Of a stretch of 64,000 nucleotides of DNA, positions 48,721-56,765 are shown in pieces. The stretch spans positions 15,831-79,830 of the forward strand of contig JBFXAS010000002.1 in NCBI GenBank assembly GCA_050184075.1, in the 5' to 3' direction. The notes under the pieces are model-generated. The model was not told the origin of the DNA and searched no databases. It was given only the letters and a program-made list of their open reading frames with translations. The stretch comes from Gemmatimonadales bacterium (GTDB lineage Bacteria; Gemmatimonadota; Gemmatimonadetes; Gemmatimonadales; GWC2-71-9). The translations under genes were made by a program, and so were the position numbers. How positions within the stretch are numbered: the stretch's first letter is position 1; every line of letters starts with the position of its first letter.

Positions 48721-48753
48721 GCCTTTACGGGATCGGGCGCGGGCGGCGGCAGC

Positions 48754-50733
48754 CTAACGTCGCCGCTCGAGCTCGCGCAACGCCTGCTGGTGACCGGCCG
48801 CCGCAGCCCTCCGCAGCCATGCCATGCCCGTCTCGTTGGAGCGATCGACCCCCCGCCCGTTGAAGTAGAGCAGCGCGAGCTGGTACTGCGCCTCCGGGCT
48901 GCCGGCCTGCGCGGCTCGATCGAACCAGGACCTGGCGCGCGCATAGTCGCGAGCGACGCCATCGCCGTCGGCGTAGCGGCGGCCGAGCAGGACCTGGGTC
49001 TGGACATCGCCGGATCCCGCCGCCTTGACGAACCAGTCGAGCGCGGCCGTGCGGTCGCGCACCACGCCGAGTCCCTGGTCGAGTCGATGCGCGACGATCG
49101 GGAAGGCCCGCGCGAAACCGGCGTTGGCCGCCCCGAGGTAGCGGGTGGTCGCGAGCGTCGGATCCAGCGCGGCGCCGTTGCCGGTGCTGTAGCGCTCGCC
49201 AAGCTCGAAGAGCGCGAGCGCGTCGCCCGCGCGCCCGGCGGCCTCGAGGTGCCTGAGGGTTTCGCCCGGGTTGAGAGCGGCCGCGCGCCCTTCGCGGATC
49301 AGCGAGGCCATGCGGAGGCTGGCCCGAGCGCTGCCGCTGTCCGACTCGATCGCGCAGCGGCCCAGCGCGGAGGCCCATTCCTGCCGGCCGTAGAGCGCCT
49401 CGCAGTCCGGCGGCGGCGCCACCGGCTCGGCCGGGGCGGTATCGCGCGCGGGGGCTCGGCGGGTCGTGTCGGGGACCGGGTCGGGGTCGATCGCCAGGGT
49501 GGCGGTGCCGGTGTCCCGTCGCGCAGCCGGCGGCGGCGGTGGCGGGGCGACCGCCGGGGTGACCGGGGGCACGGCGGGGGGCGGCGGCGCCGGGCTCGCC
49601 GCGGGCGCAGGGCCCAGCTCGCCCTGCCGGCTTGCGTTGCTCCGCACCGCCATCGCGACGGCGACCACGACGGTGGTGAGGACCGCCGCGCCGGCAGCCC
49701 ACCGCCTGACCACGGGTCCGCGCGGTGCCGGCGGCAACCCGGCGGTCGGCGAGAGCTCGCCCTTGAGGGCGGCGGCGAAGTCCTGAGTGGTGGCGAAGCG
49801 CCGGGCGGGATCCTTCTCGAGCGCCCGATGGAGCGTGGCGACCAGCGAAGGCGGCAGCCCCGGCGCAAGCCGGTCGAGCCGCGGGGCGGACTCGAGCAGG
49901 AGCTTGGTGATCACGGCGCGTGCCGTCTCACCGCCGAAGGGCACCTGGCCGCCGAGCATCTGATAGCCGATTACCGCGAGCGAGTACTGATCGGTCCGAT
50001 GGTCGACCGTGGCCTCGCCGCTCGCCTGCTCCGGGCTCATGTACTGCGGCGTGCCGACGACCACGCCCGTGCCGGTGAGATCGCGGTCGCCTCCGTCCAT
50101 CGCCTTGGCGATCCCGAAGTCCATCAGCCGGACCCGGCGGTCCCGACCCTCGAGGACGATGTTCTCGGGCTTGATGTCCCGGTGGACCACGCCGGCCTCG
50201 TGGCTCGCGGTGAGCGCCGAGGCCGCCTCCAGCAGGATCCGGGTGGCTTCGGCCACCGGGATCCTGCCCTCCCGGCTCATCGCTTCCTTCAGACTCTCGC
50301 CCTGGATGAGCGGCATGACCAAGTAGCACACGCCACCCGCCTCGCCGACGTCGTAGACCGGGACGATGTGGGGGTGGTTGAGGGCGGCCACCGCCAGCGC
50401 CTCGCGCCGGAAACGGGCCAACAAGTTTGGCGTGACGATCAGGTCGGGCCGGAGGACCTTGATGGCGAGTTCGCGATTGAGCTTGAGGTCCTGGACCGCA
50501 AAGACCTCGGCGTAGCCTCCGCGCCCGATCAGCCGTCCAAGTCGGAAGTTGGGGCCGAGGATCCGTTGGAGGCGTTCAGGCTCGGTGGCGTAGCTCGCCG
50601 ACTGGCGGCCGGGCTCCAGCTCGGCCGACGGCTCGCCAAAAATCTGGGTAGCCGTAGCCGACCCGCATTGCGCGCAGAAGGCCGCGTCGTCGGGCAACTC
50701 GGTTTCGCAGGAGGGGCAAGTTCTCGCGGGCAC
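48754..50733 (-). CDS. Ser/Thr protein kinase with an N-terminal zinc ribbon, a TM segment and C-terminal Sel1 (TPR-like) repeats
   Basis: GTG start. CPSCETELPDDAAFCAQCG, then Hanks kinase motifs (AIKVL, HRDIKPENI, DFGIAK, GTPQYMSPE). A Pro-rich linker and TM follow, then Sel1 repeats (ALFELGERYSTGNGA..., QYQLALLYFNGRGV...). Confidence 0.9.
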   Translation of the reverse strand: MPARTCPSCETELPDDAAFCAQCGSATATQIFGEPSAELEPGRQSASYATEPERLQRILGPNFRLGRLIGRGGYAEVFAVQDLKLNRELAIKVLRPDLIVTPNLLARFRREALAVAALNHPHIVPVYDVGEAGGVCYLVMPLIQGESLKEAMSREGRIPVAEATRILLEAASALTASHEAGVVHRDIKPENIVLEGRDRRVRLMDFGIAKAMDGGDRDLTGTGVVVGTPQYMSPEQASGEATVDHRTDQYSLAVIGYQMLGGQVPFGGETARAVITKLLLESAPRLDRLAPGLPPSLVATLHRALEKDPARRFATTQDFAAALKGELSPTAGLPPAPRGPVVRRWAAGAAVLTTVVVAVAMAVRSNASRQGELGPAPAASPAPPPPAVPPVTPAVAPPPPPPAARRDTGTATLAIDPDPVPDTTRRAPARDTAPAEPVAPPPDCEALYGRQEWASALGRCAIESDSGSARASLRMASLIREGRAAALNPGETLRHLEAAGRAGDALALFELGERYSTGNGAALDPTLATTRYLGAANAGFARAFPIVAHRLDQGLGVVRDRTAALDWFVKAAGSGDVQTQVLLGRRYADGDGVARDYARARSWFDRAAQAGSPEAQYQLALLYFNGRGVDRSNETGMAWLRRAAAAGHQQALRELERRR

Positions 50734-50792
50734 GCCAGAGGTGGCTCAAACCAAAGCAGGAAAGGCAATTATCACGCCAGTGAGGGGGGTGG

Positions 50793-52886
50793 TCAAGGAC
50801 GCCGTCTGTCCGCCTCCTTCCTGGCCTCCGCATGGCCCTGCTGTGCCGCCCGGTCGAGCCAGACGAAACCGAGACTGTCTGACTTCTGAACGCCTCGACC
50901 TCGGACGTAGGCCATGCCGAGCTCGTACTGGGCCGCCGTGTGACCCTGCTCGGCGGCCCGGGTGAACCACCTGAACGCCTCGGTCTCGTTCTTCGGCACG
51001 CCCCGGCCGCGCGCGTACATCACGCCGAGGTTGTACTGCGACGCCCGATTGCCCTGCTCCGCAGCTTTCCGGTACCAGAACGCCGCCTCCTGATCCCGGC
51101 GGGGCGACCCGAGCCCCTGCTCGTAGCGCTCGGCCAGCACCGGCCAGGCGGCCTCGATCCCGGCGTCGGCGGCCTGGCGGAGCAGACCCGTCGCCTCCCG
51201 CTCCCGGGCCTCGTCGCCCGGCGTCGCGGCGAGCAGCAGGCCGAGCTGATAGGCGGCGGTCGCGTCGCCGCCGGCGGCCGCTCGACGGTACCAGCTTATC
51301 GCCGCCGAGTCTGAGGCCTCGACGCCGTTGCCATCCTTGTAGAGGACGGCGAGCTGCCGCATCGCGGCGGCGTTCCCGCCTTCGGCTTCGCTCAAACAGA
51401 GACTCGCGGCCGACGTCCAGTTCGCTTCGCGCACGGCCGCGCCACAGGACCTGGGGGCGGGGGGCGGCGGCGGTGGAGACGCCAATCGTTCGGGGCGGGT
51501 CGAGCGTGTCGCGGGCGCCACGGGCGTGGCCGTCGGGCCCGTGGGCGGCGGAGTGGGGATCGTCGAGACGATGGTCGACCCAGCGGTGTCGGTGATGACG
51601 CCGACCGGGGTGGCGGCGGCCACCGCGACGCCGCTGTCGGCCGCCGCGGTCGAGTCGGTCGCACCGGGGACGGACCGAGGAGGACCATTCAGCGCATAGG
51701 CGAGCGCGGCGACCGCGACCACGCCGATTCCCGCGGCGGCGGGGAGCCAGGCGGGCCGCCGCTTGGCCGCCTTGGGAGTCGGCTCGACCGGGGCCGCGGT
51801 GCCGGCGGGTGGTGTCGGCTTCCTGGCGCCCTCGGCCGGGGTCGGCAGCTCGTCGGTCTTCGCGAGCCGGTCGGCCGTGTTGAAGATCGGGGGCCAGTGC
51901 TCCGATCCAGTGAGCGCCTTGGCGAACTCCTCCATCGAGGCGTAGCGGTCCCGCGGCTCCTTCGACAGCGCTTTCTCGATCGCGAAAGCCAGGCTGGCCG
52001 GCACGTCGGGCACCAGGTCCCGGAGGCTCTTCGGGATCCCGACCATCTGCTGGAACAGGATCGCCCGGGTCGATTCGCCGTCGAAGGGCAGCTCGCCGGT
52101 GATCATCTGATAGCCGACCACGGCCAGCGCGTACTGGTCGCTCCGGTGGTCCAGGTTGGGCTCGCCGGCCGCCTGCTCGGGGCTCATGAAGTGCGGCGTG
52201 CCGACCAGGATGCCAGTGCTGGTAAGGCCGGATCCCTCGGCCGAATCCAGCGCTTTCGAGATCCCGAAGTCCATCAGCTGCACCCGCCGGGCCCGGCCCT
52301 CGAGCATGATGTTCTCCGGCTTCACGTCGCGATGGACCACCCCGGCTTCATGGGCGGCCTCGAGGGCGTCCGCCGCCTCGACCAGGATCCGCACCGCCTC
52401 TCGTGGGGGCCGGGGGCCCTCGCGGACCAGCAGCGCCTTGAGGCTTTCGCCCCGGATGAAGGGCATGATCAGGTAGATCATGCCCTCGGCCTCGCCGACG
52501 TCGTAGATCGGGACGATGTGCGGGTTGCGGAGCGCGGCGACGGTCTCTGCCTCGCGTCGGAATCGGGCGATCAACTGCTCGGAGACGGAGAGCTCGCTGC
52601 GAAGCACCTTCAGCGCGAGCTCGCGCTTGAGCCGGCGGTCGTGGAGCAGGAAGACCTCGGCGAACCCGCCGCGTCCGATCAGCTTGCCGAGCTCGTAGTG
52701 GGCGCCGAGGACGGCGTCGAGCCGGGCTAGATCGCGGGAGGGCATCCGGTCGGTCGACAGGGTTCTGACTTCGCCCGTCGTCCGATCGATGCCACTGTGT
52801 GGCGTGGCCGCACCACACATGAAGCAGAAGGCTGCCTCCTCGGGGAGGGGGGTGTTGCAGGAGGGGCAGGCCTTGGTTACGGGCAT
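50793..52886 (-). CDS. Ser/Thr protein kinase with an N-terminal zinc ribbon, a TM segment and C-terminal Sel1 repeats (tandem paralog)
   Basis: CPSCNTPLPEEAAFCFMCG, then ALKVL, HRDVKPENI, DFGISKA, GTPHFMSPE. A TM segment follows, then Sel1 repeats (MRQLAVLYKDGNGV, QYNLGVMYARGRGV, QYELGMAYVRGRGV). Confidence 0.9.
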   Translation of the reverse strand: MPVTKACPSCNTPLPEEAAFCFMCGAATPHSGIDRTTGEVRTLSTDRMPSRDLARLDAVLGAHYELGKLIGRGGFAEVFLLHDRRLKRELALKVLRSELSVSEQLIARFRREAETVAALRNPHIVPIYDVGEAEGMIYLIMPFIRGESLKALLVREGPRPPREAVRILVEAADALEAAHEAGVVHRDVKPENIMLEGRARRVQLMDFGISKALDSAEGSGLTSTGILVGTPHFMSPEQAAGEPNLDHRSDQYALAVVGYQMITGELPFDGESTRAILFQQMVGIPKSLRDLVPDVPASLAFAIEKALSKEPRDRYASMEEFAKALTGSEHWPPIFNTADRLAKTDELPTPAEGARKPTPPAGTAAPVEPTPKAAKRRPAWLPAAAGIGVVAVAALAYALNGPPRSVPGATDSTAAADSGVAVAAATPVGVITDTAGSTIVSTIPTPPPTGPTATPVAPATRSTRPERLASPPPPPPAPRSCGAAVREANWTSAASLCLSEAEGGNAAAMRQLAVLYKDGNGVEASDSAAISWYRRAAAGGDATAAYQLGLLLAATPGDEAREREATGLLRQAADAGIEAAWPVLAERYEQGLGSPRRDQEAAFWYRKAAEQGNRASQYNLGVMYARGRGVPKNETEAFRWFTRAAEQGHTAAQYELGMAYVRGRGVQKSDSLGFVWLDRAAQQGHAEARKEADRRRP

Positions 52887-53081
52887 TCCTGGAAATTCCC
52901 GGCGTCGGTCGGTGGCGTCAAGCAGGTCACACGTCGGGGAGACGCCGCTGGCGTGCGATGGACCGTCCCGAATGGCTCGGATGGGCCCCTCGGGGCTAAA
53001 TTAACCAGCTTTGTCCGGCCGGGGGCTCCGCCAGGCGATCCGGCCCTCGGTCCCTTTCGTCTCTCACGTCGGCGTCCTTCG

Positions 53082-53645
53082 ATGAGCATCATTGCGAGCA
53101 ACATCCGGCGCGGTATGGCCATCATGCACAACGGCGAGCCGTGCCGGGTGCTCGAGTTCCACCACCACACCCCCGGCAATCTCCGGGCCCTGGTTCAGGC
53201 GAAGTTGAGGAAGATCCGGTCGGGCATCCAGTTCGAGCATCGCTTCCGGGCCACGGATTCGCTCGAGGTGGCCGAGCTGGAGACCCACGAGCTGGACTTC
53301 CTGTACAAAGCCGGCGACACCTATCATTTCATGAACGCGGAGACCTTCGACCAGCTCGAGGTCGTCGAGGCCGATCTGGGCGACGACGCGAAGTGGATGA
53401 CCGAGGGGATGCGGATCATGGCCGAGTTCTACGAGGGCCGGCCGATCGGGATCCAGCTCCCGAACTCGCTGGTGCTCGAGGTCGTCGAGACGGCGCCGGT
53501 GATGAAGACCGCGACCAAGTCCGCTTCGTCGAAGCCCGCCACGCTCAACAACGGTATCACGGTCAACGTGCCCGAGTTCATCGAGATTGGCGAGAAGGTG
53601 CGCGTCAACCCGCAGACGGGCGAGTACCTGGATCGGGCCAAATAG
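53082..53645 (+). CDS. efp: translation elongation factor P
   Basis: From ATG 53082 there is full-length collinearity with EF-P (…NGEPCRVLEFHHHTPGNLRALVQAKLR…SSKPATLNNGITVNVPEFIEIGEKVRVNPQTGEYLDRAK). Confidence 0.95.
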   Translation: MSIIASNIRRGMAIMHNGEPCRVLEFHHHTPGNLRALVQAKLRKIRSGIQFEHRFRATDSLEVAELETHELDFLYKAGDTYHFMNAETFDQLEVVEADLGDDAKWMTEGMRIMAEFYEGRPIGIQLPNSLVLEVVETAPVMKTATKSASSKPATLNNGITVNVPEFIEIGEKVRVNPQTGEYLDRAK

Positions 53646-53655
53646 AGGGGTAGCG

Positions 53656-54768
53656 ATGTCGTTGTGGGTGTTGGTCGTGCAGCTGCTGATCTCGTCGGCC
53701 CCGGTGCCGGCGAGCGCGGTTCTGCCGGACACCATCCCCTTCGCTGCGCTGGTCGACTCGCTTTCGGAGTCGGGCGGGTACTTCGACACCGACAATCTGA
53801 TCTCGAACGAGGCCTCCTATCTCCACGTGGCGCCGACCCTCCGCGCCATGGCGGTGACCGGTCAGGCCTATCTCGGCGTTGGGCCGGATCAGAACTTCTC
53901 CTACATCGTGGCCTCCCGGCCGGCGATCGCCTTCGTGCTCGATCTCCGCCGCGACAATCTGCTGCTCCATCTGCTCTACAAATCAGTCTTCGAGACCGCG
54001 CCGACGCGGATCGAGTTCCTGACCCAGCTCTTCGGTCGTCCGGCGCCGGAGCGGCCCGCGGACTGGCGCAGTCGCCCGCTCGACGAGCTCCTCGGCTACG
54101 TCGATACGGTCCGGGTCGATCCCGCGCGTCAGGACCGGCTGCACCGACAGCTGCTCGATCGGATCCGCGGCTACGACATCCCCCTCTCCGCGCAGGATGT
54201 CGCGACGCTGCAACGCTTCCACGGCGAGTTCATGCGCGCTGGGCTCGCGCTCCGGTTCACCAGCTACGGCCGGGGTCCGCGATCCTACTACCCGACCATC
54301 CGCCAGCTCTACCTGGAGCGGGACCTCCTCGGTCGGCAAGCCAGCTTCCTCGCCGAGGAGGAGGGCTACGCCTTCCTGCGCGACCTGGAGCGCCGGGGCC
54401 GCGTCGTCCCGATCGTGGGGGATTTCGGTGGCCTCAAGGCGCTCAAGGGGGTCGGCCGCTTTCTGCGGGCTCACGACCTCACGCTGAGCGTCTTCTACAC
54501 CTCGAACGTCGAGTTCTACATCTTCCGCCAGGGCACCCTGCGGCGATACGTGGAGAACATGCGCGCGCTGCCGTGGAGCGACCCCGGCCTGATCGTGCGC
54601 AGCTATTTCGGCGGTGTGATGGGCCAGACCCATCCGCAGGCGATTCGGGGCTACGCCAGCGCCCAGCTGCTGCAGACCGCGAAGCGCTTCCTCGAGCTCA
54701 CCGGCGACCCCGACGGGATCTCCTACTGGGACGTGGTCACCGTCGGCGCCCTGCCGCTGGAGCGCTAG
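53656..54768 (+). CDS. conserved hypothetical protein with an N-terminal hydrophobic leader
   Basis: ATG 53656, 10 nt after efp. 370 aa with good coding composition (…DNLISNEASYLHVAPTL…YLGVGPDQNFSYI…). I cannot name a family. Confidence 0.7.
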   Translation: MSLWVLVVQLLISSAPVPASAVLPDTIPFAALVDSLSESGGYFDTDNLISNEASYLHVAPTLRAMAVTGQAYLGVGPDQNFSYIVASRPAIAFVLDLRRDNLLLHLLYKSVFETAPTRIEFLTQLFGRPAPERPADWRSRPLDELLGYVDTVRVDPARQDRLHRQLLDRIRGYDIPLSAQDVATLQRFHGEFMRAGLALRFTSYGRGPRSYYPTIRQLYLERDLLGRQASFLAEEEGYAFLRDLERRGRVVPIVGDFGGLKALKGVGRFLRAHDLTLSVFYTSNVEFYIFRQGTLRRYVENMRALPWSDPGLIVRSYFGGVMGQTHPQAIRGYASAQLLQTAKRFLELTGDPDGISYWDVVTVGALPLER

Positions 54769-54846
54769 CGCGTCGCCTGCTGGTCGGTCGCCGCGCCGGC
54801 CGGTATGTTTGGTCCTCTCGCGTCCTCGACGACGGACTCCAGTCAA

Positions 54847-56658
54847 ATGCCGAAGCTCGTTCGCTGGCTCAGCGTCGCCGCGCTGGTCGGCGGGCTCCCG
54901 TCCTGCGGGGAGCCCGTGGCCGACGGCACCATCGTGGTGATGTACGACAACCAGTTCACCAGCGCGGTGGTGCGAGTGCCGGTCGGCGCCCGGGTGACGT
55001 TCCTGAATCGGGGCCGAACCGTCCACAACGCGATCGGGTCGGATGGCGCCTGGCAGACCCCGGACGTGGCCGCCAACTCCGGCGAAGAGGGTCGTGGCGC
55101 CGACGTGGTGTTCGACCGGCCCGGCGTGTACCGGTACCACTGCTCCTATCACGGCACCGCCGGGGGCGAGGGCATGGCCGGTGTGGTCGTGGTGGGGGAC
55201 GCCGACTACAGTCCGAGCCCGAAGGGCCGGATCGAGCCGGCGACCGCGCCGAGCGGCGCGACCCGGCACGTGCCCGCCGACTATCCCACCATCCAGGCCG
55301 CCGTCGATGCCGCCGGCCCCGGAGACCTGATCCTGATCGAGCCCGGGGTCTACCGCGAGGAAGTCACCGTCACCACGCCCTCGCTGGTGCTCCGCGGCAC
55401 CGACCGAAACGCGGTGATCGTGGATGGCGAGTTCGTCCGCGGCAACGGGATCGCCGTCCTGGCCGACGCGGTGGCGGTGGAGAACCTGACCGCCCGCAAC
55501 GCCGTGCTCAACGGCTTCTTCTGGACCGGAGTCACCGGTTTTCGGGGGCGGTACCTGACGGCCTACAACAACGGCGACTACGGCATCTACGCGTTCGGGT
55601 CGACCGACGGCGTGATCGAGGACTCCTACGCCTCGGGCTCGCCGGACTCGGGCTTCTACATCGGTCAGTGCTATCCCTGCCGGGTGATCGTCCGCCGGGT
55701 CGTGGCCGAGCGGAACGGACTCGGCTTCTCGGGCACCAATGCCGGCGGCGAGCTCTACGTGGTCGGCTCGATCTGGCGCCACAACCGCGCGGGGATCGTG
55801 CCTTCGTCGCTCGACGTGGAGCTCGATCCGCCGCAGCGCGAGGCCGTCTTCGCCGCGAATCTGGTGTACGCCAACCACGACCGCGCGGCACCGGCGACCA
55901 AGCTGACCTCGCTCGCGTTCGGAAACGGGATCCTGCTGGCGGGCGCGGTGCGGGACACGATCACCGGCAACGTGGTCCTCGACCATCAGGCCCACGGAAT
56001 CCTGGTGAGCCCGATCCAGGACCGGCTCTACTACCCGCCGCACGACAACGTGATCCGCGACAACGTCGTGCTGGGCTCCGGTCGGGCCGATCTCGCCAAC
56101 GGCGGCCTCGGCGCGACGGGCAACTGCTTCGCGGGCAACGAGCATCGCGCGACGGCGCCGATCGGGCTCGAGGCGCTCCAGGGCTGTCGTGGGCTCCGCC
56201 TGCCCTGGTGGTCGGATCTGGTCCCGCTGGCGTCGATCTTCTACCGCGCGGCCATCGCCGGATCGCTCGAGCTGCCCGACTGGAGGCGGGTGGCGGCTCC
56301 ACCGCCCCAGCCCACGATGCCGGACGCGGCGTCGCTGCCCGCGTCGCTCGCGACCGACCCCTACCGCGCCGACGGCTTCGTGCTCGCCTCCGCGACCCTG
56401 CCGCCGGAGACCGACGCGGTGCTGGCCGAGTTCCGCTCCGGAGCCTGGGCGTTCGACGGCGGCGGGATCGGAGCCCGGATCGTGACGAACGCCACCCTGG
56501 TCGCGTTCCTTGGCGTGCTCGGATGGTGGGTGGCTCGCTCGCGGAGCCGCCGGCCCCGCCGTCACCCCTGGCGGGCCCGGCTCGGCGCCCTGCTCGGCGG
56601 CGCGGCCATCTGGCTCCTCGTGCTCGCAGCCAGCGCGATCGTCTCGGGCAGGATCTGA
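54847..56658 (+). CDS. lipoprotein with an N-terminal type-1 cupredoxin domain fused to a NosD-like right-handed parallel beta-helix, and C-terminal TM helices
   Basis: ATG 54847 gives MPKLVRWLSVAALVGGLPSCG (the ORF maximum starts at 54805). Cupredoxin ligand pattern TVHNA ... YHCSYHGTAGGEGM. Beta-helix region YPTIQAAVDAAGPGDLILIEPGVYREEVTV..., repeated G.y/i.. turns. The last ~60 aa contain two hydrophobic helices. Confidence 0.8.
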   Translation: MPKLVRWLSVAALVGGLPSCGEPVADGTIVVMYDNQFTSAVVRVPVGARVTFLNRGRTVHNAIGSDGAWQTPDVAANSGEEGRGADVVFDRPGVYRYHCSYHGTAGGEGMAGVVVVGDADYSPSPKGRIEPATAPSGATRHVPADYPTIQAAVDAAGPGDLILIEPGVYREEVTVTTPSLVLRGTDRNAVIVDGEFVRGNGIAVLADAVAVENLTARNAVLNGFFWTGVTGFRGRYLTAYNNGDYGIYAFGSTDGVIEDSYASGSPDSGFYIGQCYPCRVIVRRVVAERNGLGFSGTNAGGELYVVGSIWRHNRAGIVPSSLDVELDPPQREAVFAANLVYANHDRAAPATKLTSLAFGNGILLAGAVRDTITGNVVLDHQAHGILVSPIQDRLYYPPHDNVIRDNVVLGSGRADLANGGLGATGNCFAGNEHRATAPIGLEALQGCRGLRLPWWSDLVPLASIFYRAAIAGSLELPDWRRVAAPPPQPTMPDAASLPASLATDPYRADGFVLASATLPPETDAVLAEFRSGAWAFDGGGIGARIVTNATLVAFLGVLGWWVARSRSRRPRRHPWRARLGALLGGAAIWLLVLAASAIVSGRI

Positions 56659-56671
56659 GCCTCGGCGCGAT

Positions 56672-56696
56672 GGCGCTGATTCCTGAGATCAGCGCC
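56672..56696 (+). other. perfect hairpin between the two cupredoxin/beta-helix paralogs
   Basis: GGCGCTGAT-tcctgag-ATCAGCGCC is a 9-bp stem, 14 nt after the stop at 56658. No U-tract follows, so it may be an attenuator or processing site rather than a strong terminator. Confidence 0.3.
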
Positions 56697-56765
56697 CGGC
56701 GCGATTGACCGTCTCTTCATCGACCGGTAGCTTGGGCACAGCCACGCCCTCCCTGGAGGCGATTC

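Noticed and set aside
49440-49640. Pro/Ala-rich low-complexity DNA in the kinase linkers (also 51400-51700) and in the TolB-like gene (about 12240-12300), considered as possible tandem repeats or contingency loci.
   Set aside because: These are imperfect compositional runs that encode Pro-rich linkers within intact ORFs. There is no exact repeat unit and no frameshift-prone homopolymer tract.
53656-54768. The idea that the gene 10 nt downstream of efp encodes a new EF-P modification enzyme, by analogy with efp-earP adjacency.
   Set aside because: The product starts with a hydrophobic, signal-peptide-like leader (MSLWVLVVQLLISSAPVPASA), so it is probably exported or membrane anchored. That is incompatible with modifying cytoplasmic EF-P. 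It also has no recognisable transferase motifs.
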